Both the position numbers and the translations under genes were made by a program. Source: Antedon mediterranea (Eukaryota > Animalia > Echinodermata). From it: 64,000 nt of DNA. Below are positions 1 to 13,000 of this stretch, in pieces; position 1 is the stretch's first letter; each line of letters begins with the position of its first letter. Location: the NCBI RefSeq assembly GCF_964355755.1, contig NC_092675.1, positions 4,521,812-4,585,811 of the forward strand. The letters run 5' to 3'. The notes beneath the pieces are model-generated. The model was not told the origin of the DNA, ran no database searches, and was given only the letters and a program-made list of their open reading frames with translations.

Positions 1-236
1 AACTAGGAGAGGGGCCGGGATTGAAATAAAATCTTTCAGTTATTTTTTCTTCTTAAATATATTATTTTAGCTCCTTCCAATCACTAGACCAAGTCTTTTC
101 TCTAATTATTTACAAAGAAAATTACTTGGATTACAAATTTCTAGGTCCTACATCTTTTTTTTTATAATAATATTAATAATCAAGATAAAAATTGAACAAA
201 CTAGAAGTTTATTTGGCAACCACAATACAATCCAAA

Positions 237-3200
237 ATGGCTGCGCCCAAGAAGGGAAGTGGTGATGGGTTGTTTTTATTTTCTTCGATTTTCTTTATCA
301 TGGCTATTTTCGTGTATTTTAATTTTGGTATAAATGCATTCATAGAATTATTACGTTGATTTCCTTTTGTTGTTATTGCAGTTTTTAAGTTGTGAGGTAG
401 GCCTAGGCCTAGCTAGGGGCCTAGTCATTCATGCGCTAGGGCAGCTCACTCATCATATGTCACATTGACAGTCTGGCCGGCGGAAGCCTCTCTCGTCCGC
501 CGGCGTTGCCATTAGGCCTACTACTAGCTACTACTACTACTAGGCCTACTGGCCTACTACTCTAGGCTAGGCCTAGTTTGAACAGTGAGGTGAAAAACTG
601 GTTTGAATGTCCATACATCTGGTCCTTTTTAATAAAAAAAATTGGATCGAAAACAAAATGATTTTAATTTAGCTGAAAAAACTGTAATTTAATGCAAAAA
701 TAGGCCTAGTAGTAGTAGTAGTAGCTACTAGCTAGGCCCTAGTAGGTCACTTAATGGGTTTTGTTTGAATGTAACTGTTTATTTAATTTTTGTTCTCTAC
801 AAAGTGATTATTAAAACTACATACAAAATAACATAGGCCTGGGCCTATTCAAAGTCTGAATTAATCATCATTTTTTTATGTTTTGGGGGGACAATACATC
901 TTTAAATTGTTAAAATATATATTTTTTAATTAGAAGAAGAAGAAATTCATTCATCCATTGGTGGTGTTGTAGTAAATAGGACCCTATCTAATTGTTAGTA
1001 CAAACACACAGTATATATTATTTTTAATGAATGTTATGTGGGCTAATAATTAAAACTTTACATAATTAAAAGTGAATATCACACAAAAAAATAATTATTT
1101 ATTAACTAAATTGAAATACTGGGTTCAGTATTTAAGGGAAATATCTCCTTGAAAGTGGAAAGTTAATAAAATATTTGTAATAATGATACAGTATGATATT
1201 AATTACATAAATAATGAAACAAATATTTAGAATGAAACATTTAAGAGACCGGGCCATTAAAAAAATTAAATATGGGAATGACAGTTAATATAACCCTTTG
1301 TTTTTATAGATAAATCCAGAATATTTACAGTGACGACAAAATTTGTTTTATTGCTTGGTTTCCTCACATTCCTCGTTCATCTTTTCAAGAAGATAAAACC
1401 AAAGTTGATGCCAGTACCCGACATAAAATCTAGTATGTGTGCTTAATTTTTTTCTCATATAATAATTTTTCCATATTATTGACAATAGTAAACTGAGTGT
1501 AACTCTAATTTGATTCCAATCACGCATAATACGCACAATACGCACTACATCATCTCCTTTGCAACAAATCATTTCGCTTATATAATCTATTGTGATTTTA
1601 TCATAATGATAACCCAATAATGATATTGATTCTAAACAAATCAAATATGCCTTTTTCAAATTAGTTTAGGACCCCAGTGAGCTAGAGATAAAGATTGTCA
1701 ACCATTGTCAGTGTGCTCCCATCACACAAACACTATCTGACATTGCCTACCATTTTATATAATGAGTCATACCGAAGATAGTTTAACAATGGGTCATAGA
1801 TAGATAGAATAAAACAATCAAGATATAGAGAGCCTCTGCAACGTATCTTCACTAATCATTGATAAGACTAATATTGAGCACCAAATAAATATTCAAATTA
1901 TTATATAATCATCGACCTATAAATTATGTTATGTTATTATACCGTAAATCTTCTAATAGTAACCCACACTCTAATATTAACCCCCTTCTAATAATAACCC
2001 ACCTTATAAGTCAATCTATAATAATAACCAACTACTCTAATAGTAACCTATGGGGGTTACTATTAGAAACTTATGAAAATAAGGAGATAATGCATGTTGA
2101 TCTCGGGAGTGGGGAAGGATTGACTGTTTTTGAGTTTATAAAATAAAGTTAGAGTTCAACCAAATTTGTTTATTCGTACTGTTTTATTATTTTGCTATGA
2201 GTTGCTTACCGGAAAAGTTAGGGGTGTGTTACTATTTCCAGGTGCCTAATTTAAGATTAGTAATAGTAACCCACTACTCTAATAGTAACCCCCCTTCTAA
2301 TAGTAACCCACCCCCTAAAAACAATAAAAAAATAATAACCCATGGTTACAATTTGAAGATTTACGTATTTACCGTACAAGTTCCACACTGCTCATTGCTG
2401 TCGTATAAAACATTATCATAATTTGGATATTCAAGTCAATTCTATCTGTACCATATTCAAGTATAAAACCATTCTTTTACCATATTGGATCTTGCTGTAG
2501 AGTGCTGTAACCCAGGACCGTTAAAATTCTAGTCCAGTCGTGACAGCCAAAACCTAAATGTAAAACTTCATAAATGCTAGACTAAAAATAATTATAATCC
2601 ATGTTAAAAAATCAATTGTTTTAACCCTTTGAAGACGCGAGGTTTCTACCCCTAGTGACTGAGGCTAAATAAGGTATTTTTAATAGGTTTAGGAAAAATG
2701 CAAAATACTTTTTTATGACTGTAACTTTCATTGAAGGTTTTTTGTTACAATTTTTTGTTATAGAATATTCAAAAGATGAGCTTAAATCCAAACAATCTGA
2801 TCATTGGCTTATGAAACAAGAAGAAACAGACACAAAGGTTAAATTTCAAATTAATATTGGCATTAGGCTAGAACTATTTTTACAATGATACAAGCACACG
2901 TAAAAATTGTTTACACTAGAACAAAATATAGTATATGGTTAAAAGCAGAGATTGAAGGTTGAAAGACGGTTTAACAAAAGAAAAAAAAGAGTAAAGACGA
3001 GAGACCTCGGCAAAAAAGACGGGGTAATAGCTTACTTTCAGATGCTATGTCGGAAGGAGACAGAGAAGAAGATGGAGGAGAAAGAAAACATACCGCATTT
3101 GAATTATTACAAATTGAACCTTGACCTTGTCTTCATCAGCGATTGAACATTTTTTTGCTGACTTTGAACATCTTATTTATTTTATTTATTTCTTTTATGC

Positions 3201-6200
3201 TTTAACCTCAAAAGAGTGCCCATATACAACTCATAAAACAAAATTACATACATAACCCACAAAAATAAAGCAAAAGTGACAACAGTGCTGTATTATTTAA
3301 CATATGTAAGGTGAGTCCCGTGTTCTCTGAACGTAGGGGAATGAGCTGTTAGGAGCGAATTGTACTAAGCCTCGGGATTATGTGGTAGGGTGGCCAGTTC
3401 CTTTCCACAACATATATTTTGTTATTTTAAAGATCACAAATAGAATGTTCAAGCTTTTAATAATTAAAAAAAAAATGTTTTTAGGCTGCAAGTTTTGAAG
3501 AACGAGTCTCCAGACCTAGACGAGAAACTCATTTAAAGAAAAATGAAGAAAAATATCAACAATTTTCTGGTCCAGTTTGGAAAGGCAAAGGATATAAATT
3601 AGAGGTTGGCGATTAAAATTTGTATGTATATGTTATTCATAAACCAAATCAAGGCTTTTGTCAACCATTACATTGACAACTAACTTTTGCTATACAGCTT
3701 ATTGTCTTTACTGACAAAACCGATGAACTATTTGAATTAATATTTCTCAAAAATATATATAAATCCAAAGGCAAATTACTGAAAAAATTACAATGCTGTG
3801 GGTATCAGTGGCTGGATCTCAATGGAGATACAAAAAAAAAGCGAAAAGCTAAATCAAAACGATAAAGTAAAACAGCCAGAAAAGTTAGCAGAGCTTTCGG
3901 GCAACACTAGCCCTTCATCAATGCAAGTGAAGGTACTTGGACAAAGATAGATAGATAGATATATACAGGAATAAAAGAAATAAAAGAAAAGAAAAGAGGC
4001 ACAAGGCTGGTAAATAGAGAATGGAGATATTATTGAGTAGAAAACTAATAGCTTGGTAGATATAAACAATTTTGGAATAAAACTAAAAACAGCTTAAATT
4101 GTGGTTAATATTGAAACTTAAATTTAGGTAGTCAATAGAGTAATTTTACCGATCTGGGAGTATGTTCCAAAAGGTTTTGTGGTTTTAAGTTGTAATTCCC
4201 AGTGGTTTTCTTTCTTGTCTTTGCAAGTTTTGTCGCTCCATTTTACATCGTGGTCTATTGCAATAACTCTTAAATTTGCAATACAAAATATATATACATG
4301 CACATTTGATTATATTAAATTTAATTTCTGTGTATTAGGGAAAAAATACAGAAACCGTCACAAAGAGAAGAGGAAAAGGAAGCAGTAAAGATGCCATAGC
4401 AATGCGTAATTTGCCAGATTCTGCTTACCCTCCTCCAATGGAGTTGAATGAGGATGCTGCTAAAAATAAACCAGTTGTTAAAGAAAAGAAAATGGTAGGC
4501 AATTTCCATATGTTTTTATTAATAGATTTAGTGATTACACTATTTGATCTTGGCATTAATAAAAACTAATGATTTTGTACCTTCTGGAACAGGTTGAATT
4601 TTGGCATTGATTATTTTTTTCTTAGTGATTATGAGTGATTATGGTTCATTAGTATTTATTTATACAGAAATATTGTACAGGGTAGATCAATAAATAAAAA
4701 CACAGATGGCTAATTAATATATACAAAGAAAAAATATGGGTGCTTTAATTGATTTTGTTTATATTAAATGTAGTGGTTATTATATTAAGTTACTTATTAT
4801 AGTAAAATTGGTAAAGATATTGTATTGTTGTCTGAATTTTAAAAGATATACATTACAGTACTTTAATTAAAAGTATTTTAATTTCAGTATTATTTTTTTT
4901 CCCTTTTAAATCACTTGTACTTTCATTTATATTGTAGTCAATTAAATGTTTATTATTAGTTGTGTACTATTATATTATTTTGTTGCACATCCCTTGTGGA
5001 TAGCTCTGTGGATAGTGCCTCTGTTAAAAAACAGATACAATAAAGTTATTATTATTATTACTATTAAGTAGGTTGAAACAAGAACAGCCTAGCAAGGCTA
5101 GACCAGGGACTGCGACAGGAGATTCTATCCTTTCTTTCGAAAAACAAGAGTATATAATGTGTTTGATATATATGAGAGTATCCATTAAGCTTAGTAGTAT
5201 TCTGTAACCTGTTACTGGAGTAGTATTACATCCAATCTGTAATAGTATTTACACACACACACAAAAATACCAATTAAAAGGGAAAGAAAAAGATTTTTAT
5301 ATTAATTCTTAAAAATTATTGTTTTAAACATTTACTTTCTTACCAGATCAAACTACCTGTTGAACCACCACCTGAGAGTGATTTACAAGTAAGCTTCTGA
5401 TTAGGCCTCGAATAATTTGTGCAGAGTTGGGAAAAATGTTGTCAGAGAAAGAAAATTGGTGTAAAAATATTGGAATAACACAAATTTTAAAAGTTTCTAT
5501 CATGATGGTATAGCAGCATTTTAAAGTATAATATGATGAAAGAATATGAAAATTATTTTAACTACTACGAAGCAGAAAAAGAATTCAAAGAAATACAAAA
5601 TATTATTAATATTATTATTATTATTATATCAATATTTATAAAGCGTCAATTCAAAGACCGAGGTACAAAATCAAAGGCGCTGGGCATGTTAGTGGTCGAA
5701 AAAATGAGTTTTGAGCAATTTTTTTAAATAAGGCAACAGAAGAGCAGTGTTTAATTTGTGGGAGGAGTGAATTCCAGAGTGTGGGTGCTGCAAAAGAAAA
5801 CGATCTATGACCAAAGGTTTTAGTGGCTATGCGTGGAACAGAGAGTAAAAAATCATCAGATGATGTTAAAGTGTATTCTTTCTACCATTAAGATGATATC
5901 CAGGCTTACTTATCTTTTGTGTTTTATTGGCAGGCTGTAACAATCGCTCTGCGGGTTCCATTTGGTGAAAAAAGACGTCGAAGATTTTTAACATCAGCAA
6001 CTATTCAGGTACAATGTTTGTACATTTTTGTAAATATTTAAAAAAAAAAGAAAAAAAAGTATGTTAATATAGATATATAATATTATAGAGGGGGTACTGC
6101 TCACCATGAAGTAGAAAAGCATATTATAGAGGGGGTCATACTTATTCAATATCTAATGCATATTTATATTCTTGTATAGGTTATTTTTGATTGGTTGACT

Positions 6201-6341
6201 GTTGAGGGCTACAACTCAGATATTTACACTATTAAAACAACATATCCAAGTAAAGACTTAAGTGACTCGAAAAACAAAACACTAGAGGAATTAGGGCTGT
6301 CGAAAGATGTGATATTAATAGTAGATGATAAAGATGTCTAG
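237..6341 (+). CDS. UBXN8: UBX domain-containing protein 8-like (two N-terminal hydrophobic segments, C-terminal UBX), 8 coding exons, ~280 aa
   Basis: Hand-spliced GT-AG exons: 237-327, 1310-1432, 2764-2837, 3485-3604, 4339-4494, 5347-5388, 5934-6008, 6180-6341 (843 nt, frame maintained). Translation: MAAPKKG..LFLFSSIFFIMAIFVYF..FVLLLGFLTFLVHLF..YQQFSGPVWKGKGYKL..LPVEPP..VTIALRVPFGEKRRRRF..TTYPSKDL..TLEELGL. This matches the UBXN8 architecture. Confidence 0.85.
1942..2365. mobile_element. Tc1/mariner-pogo-type MITE (TA|CCGTA termini) in UBXN8 intron 2
   Basis: TA-CCGTAAATCTTC...GAAGATTTACG-TA inverted ends, with subterminal TCTAATAGTAACCC repeats. Confidence 0.7.
5610..5865 (-). mobile_element. 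L2-clade LINE 3' end fragment
   Basis: Minus strand encodes FGHRSFSFAAPTLWNSLLP..FKKLLKTHFF, followed by a stem-loop-like tail and (AAT)n. Confidence 0.75.
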
Positions 6342-6840
6342 TGAACTCTCGCTCTCAAAACTGAACTGGTGACTCTGACTATCAAAGGCCAAACTGGTTT
6401 TTTAATTATTTGGAGAGAGGGGATCACAAGAGGTAAAATGAGATAAGACTATAAAAAAAGAACTCTCTTGCCACTAAAAGCCCAATCATACCCCTCTACT
6501 CATTTAAGTTAAAATACTGACTTTTCTATTATAACTCTCATTAAATAGAAAAGTCAATCTTTCAATGAATGCAAATATTTATTTATTTATTTAACAAATA
6601 CAAAACATATCCACCCTAGTACTAAACTCATTCCAAAAGGTAGTGCTCGAATTTTGGTTGCCTTAAACAGTTACAGTCTACACACACTACAGGTTAGTTC
6701 TGAGTTCTGAGAACAAAAGTTTATAAAAAGCTGAATGTGCAATAGTATCATTAAATATCACTTTTCCGTGTCATAGAACTAATACTAATGAATGTACGCC
6801 ACCAAACAGATGGGTGTGTTATAAAAAACTCTGATCCTTA

Positions 6841-6980
6841 AGGTCTGTCTACACTATCAAACTAGTTTGACAAAAAAATGTGATGTGTCCAAATATGATG
6901 GTGATATACCTAAATATGGGAGTGATATGACATCATCATGTCCATATATGGGCACATCACATAAAGTTGATAGTGTAGAC
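6841..6980. mobile_element. Tourist/PIF-Harbinger-like MITE family A
   Basis: TCTGTCTACACTATCAAAC...GTTGATAGTGTAGAC; one of 7 copies in the window. Confidence 0.75.
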
Positions 6981-9098
6981 TTTACCTCTGTATTCAAGAG
7001 TATTGGTTCTACAAATAAAATGTTTGAAACTGGAGTAATCATGTAAATAAAATCACAACACAAGACAGGAATATCTTTATCAGGTTTAATTTTCATAAAG
7101 ACTAAAAGCAACTTAAATCTACATAAATTATCAACCAAGGTTTAATTCTTTGAATGCATACTGTCTTTAAATAGTCTTTAATATGAAATACAGTAGAAGT
7201 AAGATTATTTTAATGCCAGTTTATATGCCTTTAAAACATGGTAGTTCTGTACAATACAAATACTGTATTCATCACCAGGAGGTGTGACCTTTATTTTACA
7301 GTAGGTTGTGTACCCCTCGTGGGAACATCCAGCAGGGGTAGAGTTGTTCATATATGATACAAGGATAAGTGAGTGCCTTTTAGAGAACTACAAAGCATTT
7401 AAGTTATTAGTTAATGCAGCATTGACAATGGTTTTTAGCATTTTCAGATTTGTTTTTTCTATTAATTTGCCATCTTATCATTATATGGATTACTTTTTTT
7501 TGTAGTATTTTAGTGCATTTAAATATTCATAACATTGTTCTAATATTAATAATTAAAGAACCAAACAGAATCAAATGTGGCATAGCATCTATTTTTTGGA
7601 ATAACCTTACTCATACTATTTATAGTCATGACATAAAACTTTTTTTTAATAAAAAAAGTATGGTACGGTAACTGAGCATTAACATCATGAATACCTGATA
7701 ATTAGCACTTTGATTTACATTTAACTACAATGGTGAAGCACAACAAAACAATTTAAAAAAACAAATAACAAAATAGTGCATACTTCCAGTGTGGATTTAC
7801 ATTATTGAAATAAGTATACTTAATTAAATTAACAGCATTAATACTAATTTATTTGATAGTAAATAGAGAGGCATATTCACATAGAAAGATCAGCATTGGC
7901 GTCATCCTGCATGCCTGCTTTAAAAACTAGAGGCATGTTCATATTGGTGCTGTTCTGCATGCCTGCTTTAAAAACTATTTATTTGTTTGAAACTACAAAT
8001 TGACAAACATCATTAGATAGTTCTCCTGTACTATTTACAAACTTTATAATGATATACAGTATATATATTTATTTTTTTCTGATTAGTCTTTCTATTTAAT
8101 CTTAAATGCATATTTTGGTTTAACTTAACAGATTTGGTAGGAATAAGCAAGGTGTAATAATAAACAAGAATAGAATACATAAATATTAAATATGAATATA
8201 TGGAAATAAATGTGTGTTTTTTTTGTTTCCTTGTGAAAATAAATATATTTGTCATTTACTGACAAACCAATCACAACCCAAAGAATGATCAAGTTGTCAA
8301 ATAAGACAATAAATATAAGTATAGACACAAAAAAACTATATCAAGGTAGCAGTACTAAAAGTATAATAGAAGAGTGTTGTATCTGCATAAAGCTATATAA
8401 TAAACTGCATAATTTAACATACTTGATTTGTGCCTGATTTACAGTACATATGGTCACATATGAATGTTATACTATAACTCAGTATTAACATTTACATCAC
8501 TCCATAATTTAATAGCAATTAATTAACATGACAATTGAGTCATGTTAAAGTAATAGGATAACATTGATACAAATTAAATATGTGTACAAGAAAATAAGTG
8601 CACTGTTACTATTACATTTCAACAAGTTCTTCTTTGTTATGTGAACACAGACCTATAAAAACACTGACAAGTTGATACAGTATTGTATGAAACCATTGGT
8701 AAAGTTCACTGCCAACTATACAAGTTGTACTCAAGTTATATTAATTCCATAAATACATGTGTAGTCTTAAGTAACACCATATGAAATAAATGGCAATGAC
8801 TTATTCATTTTTCAGATTCACATACATCTACTTTCACTGAGAAAATGTCCATTATTGTATGAAGCCAGTGACTGTCAGATAACAACACTACATGCAAAAA
8901 AAAGTGATATTCCACAGACCAGTAGAATAGTCTTGAATAACACCATATGAACTGAAAAAAAATGTTTACCACCAGGCAGGTAATACTTTCATATAAACAC
9001 CAGACCTCACTACAACACCAAGAAGTTTGATCCATCCTTGTATGATGCCTTTATAAATTACATGGAGACTATTAAAACAACAAGATATTCCATGTCTT

Positions 9099-9222
9099 AG
9101 CTCTTTCTACACTATCAAACTGTGATGTGCCCAAATATGGTAGTGATATGACATCATCGTGTCCACATGAACATATGAACACATCACATTTTTTTGTCAC
9201 ATTTGATAGTGTAAACAGAGCT
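9099..9222. mobile_element. MITE family A
   Basis: Same TIRs and GTGATATGACATCATC core. Confidence 0.75.
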
Positions 9223-10098
9223 TTAGTCATAAAGGACACCACATACATGTATACCACACAACAAATTCACATATTAGCCACATGTAGATCCAGTGATAAA
9301 TGAAGTCATTGGGTTTGAAATGCTTAAATACTTAACCAATTCAATTTTTAAATACAACACAAACAACCAATCTGTGGGAATAACACTTAATTTTAAAATA
9401 AAATTACAAAAATAAATATAAAATAATTTTAGCTCCTGGACTTTCCTAAAGCATAACATTAATACCTAAAATAAAACAACTAAAAATGTCAGTCATAATA
9501 AAAATAATGATCTGAACTCAGGCTGAAATGAAAATACTTATTATCTACATCTATTAACTTTTTACAGCAAAAACAAGAAAATAATCAAATATAATTAAAA
9601 CCAAACTGTTCACTCATAATTGTCTTGAGTTGATTCAATGAATTTATGTCATGTCACTAGCAAATATAAGTGGGCACTGATATGAATTACACAGCAATAA
9701 TGGTAGAATTCAAGTAGCATGAACCAATAAACTAAGTCCTTAGTGACTGCTATGTGTTGTTATTATTTCATTTTTAGTTTTTGATATAAGTACATGGTTT
9801 ATATTCATACTTAGTTGACATATTTGTAATGAGCAATTTGTTTATGACCAGCAGTAAGCAAACAGCAAAGGATGATTATTTTGTATGGATAAATAATGAA
9901 TTTTTTACTTGCTGTATTTTTAATATTTTACTCAATTTTTCGTGAATAGAATTAGCTTGTCTATCCTAGTGCCAACTTTATTTTCAGAATCGATGTATAT
10001 TTGATACATAATTTTCGAAATTCACAAGCTGCTTACAATTTTTCAATCTATCATTTTGATTCGTGTAATAGTTGGAACTACATCATTCAGTCTGTTGA

Positions 10099-13000
10099 TT
10101 ACTTTCCCAACAATCTTTCGATAAGTTCTTGTAAGGGCGCAAGCTCTTTGCGATCAATTAGGTTGAACTCCTGGACAAAAAAAATAAAATGTTTGAATGA
10201 TGTGTTTAGATGAGCTTCCTCTTTGAGTCCTACTACCTCCTGGAAATGCTGATGATAGATGTGTGCATACACTCGAAACAGACGCTTCAGTATTGTTTTG
10301 GCAATTGTCAGAAAATTCTTTGGAAATGGCACTCCTGTGAGATACAAAAAAAGTGTTTTAGTTCAAGACACATTGTTATTTGGACGGGGCACCAACATAC
10401 TGAACAGTGTTCTCCCGAAGCAGGTTTTGCCAGCAAGATTTGCCAGTTTAAATTTCACACTATAGGCATTTTAAGATACTTCACACTCACGTCATATTGC
10501 GAATTTTGGACAAAAAGTGTTTTGAGAGCGCTTTTGATTTAAACATTAGCGCGAGCCTATCTTTACCGCTGAGAATTGTATTGAGAAACCCGAAGACTTC
10601 ACGCGAGCGAGGCGAACTGACTAAGAACATTATTACTATAGATTTTCACTTCATACACGCTTATTATTGAACAATAGTTAGTATAAATATCTGCTAGTTA
10701 ATTAGAGACATTCGATGTTACTAAGAATACTAAAGAAATTACTTATAATACAAATTTAAAAGATTTATAACGATTCTAGTTTAGGTAACATTCGCCCATT
10801 AACAATGAAAACAAACAAATCCTGCGTAGGAAATCGCGGAACTCTAAAAACTTTGTTTTAATATCACGCTAAAATTGTTTCCGAATTTTTAAATACATAT
10901 TTGTAAATATTATGTTAAATTTCAATATCTTTACTTTTAATCCTCAAAAAATCAAAATGTTGATATTTTTTAAAAGAATTTTATGATCATTTGAAATCGG
11001 GTATTTTTACTATCGATCGCGCTCCGCCGGTGCCCGAGTAGGTGTGTACGCGTCGCTTTTGCAGGCTCTATTCCCAGTAGCGAGTTTCGGTCGCGCTAAC
11101 ATAAGCAATGTTTTCTACATGTACATGCATTAGGGGTAAATTATGTTTAATTGTTTTTACCGCATAACAAAATTCCCAAATTTATTTCTTTTCTTGCCTA
11201 ACCGTTTCTGTCACCCTAAAATCAAATGCTTTAACTGCATAATTTTAAGCGACAATAACATACAAATAGGCCTACTATAATTTGATCACTTCTGCGCAAT
11301 ACTTTAAAGTTGTTGTATACAATTATTTTAAGAATATAAATAAAAAAACACAGAAACTAATAAAATGGCAACTAATTGAAAAGTCAAACTCATTTATTTC
11401 ATCAATTAAATATTTGAAAAAAATCAAATCAAGTAAGGTACTGCTGTGTAGGCCTTAAATATGATTACTGTATTTTTTTAGTTTTAATTTGTATAATGGC
11501 CTAGGCCTAATAATATAGTACTAACAACATGTTTATTTCTAAAGGCAAGTATAACAAACAGCTTTATTTATTTACCTTCAATATTAAATCTATGAGAAAC
11601 CTCAATTATGAGAATCATTTAAATTTCTGTCACCGTACATTTCATTATAATGAAAACCTTTAATTTAAAAGACATTTAATTAATAAGAGCTGGTCACATT
11701 TTTTTTAATGTCAACATGCTGTCCATAAATAGCCGCTTTCTCAAGTGATGCAAATGTTTTCTGGAGTCAGATCCTATAAAAAATATAGAAATATAAAAAG
11801 TATGTTAATTTAAATATGTATTTGAAAGATGGGCTAGAGGTATAGGCCTACTGCATGATAAATTAGGCTGAAAAACCTAGCATGTGGTCCTAGGCCTACT
11901 ACAAGGCCTAGCTTGATGTTTTTTATCCCATAAAACGTTTGAATTTAATACAAGTACAAAATCTAATTTATATAGAGTTGTAAAGTGTGGTACATTCAGT
12001 ACATTAATTAAAATAAATGAGAATGGGGCCTAATATTAATAAATAAACATGTAAAAAAATTGGCCTAAACGACTACGTGTGTATCTTATACGCATTGATT
12101 AACACGCAGTACGCGTTGGACCATCAAGGCTAGGCCCAGCTTCGCACAAACCACCGTTATACATGTGATTTGTTTACCTATTTCAATCGCCATTTAAAAA
12201 ATACCTGAAAATATCAACATGCCCATTTTTTGTCAAACGAATATTTACATTACATAGTAACTTTTTATTTAGTCAATCGTTTACTCAAAAATTGAGGAAT
12301 TTTTTTATGGTCTCGTAAAAATGTACAATATTATTATTGATAAAAACCGTATAAAATCTAACAAAAAGAAGAGCAAATTCAATGATTACCTGACACGATC
12401 ATAACTGCTATCCTGTTCCAAAAACCAAGTCACATGCTTCTTCAACCCTTGCTTTAATTATTCTCATGAATTATTCATAAGGAACTATAATTTAAGGCTT
12501 TCAATTGGTTAAAAGAGTTTAACCCTATTAAAATTTTAAATTCACATCATTTCCGGGTGATGTTGTCGCGCTTCGATGAATCTCAGAAATCACAAATGAC
12601 CGCTAGAGGGCTCACTACTTTTTGTCTAGTCTAAATGAATGTGACTTACAAATGCACCAACATATATATAAAATTGGCACAAATATTCAAGACTATCTGT
12701 TCCTTCTGGTGGTAGAACTAGCTCTTAGCATTAGTCCATATCACACTATAAGTGTTTTAAGATACTTATAAATGCAAAGTTAATTATTTACCAATTTTGG
12801 AGGGAAATAATGCCTCATCATCAACTTGGTCTTGTACCCAACTCATTAAAAAATCTATATATCGTGGTGCTGAGCACTTTATTGGTTTTTTAACTGTCTG
12901 TCCATCTGCCCAGTGGTATTCATACCTGAAGAAAAAAACAATTTCAGCTAAAGAGGTTATGTCTCTGTTTTTATCAATTAAAACATGACTTAACTAGCGA

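Noticed and set aside
1348-1659. 103-aa minus-strand ORF
   Set aside because: Antisense to UBXN8 exon 2/intron, with a non-ATG start and no recognisable motif.
3170-3410. Possible CR1-like LINE tail on the minus strand
   Set aside because: Too degraded to support a call.
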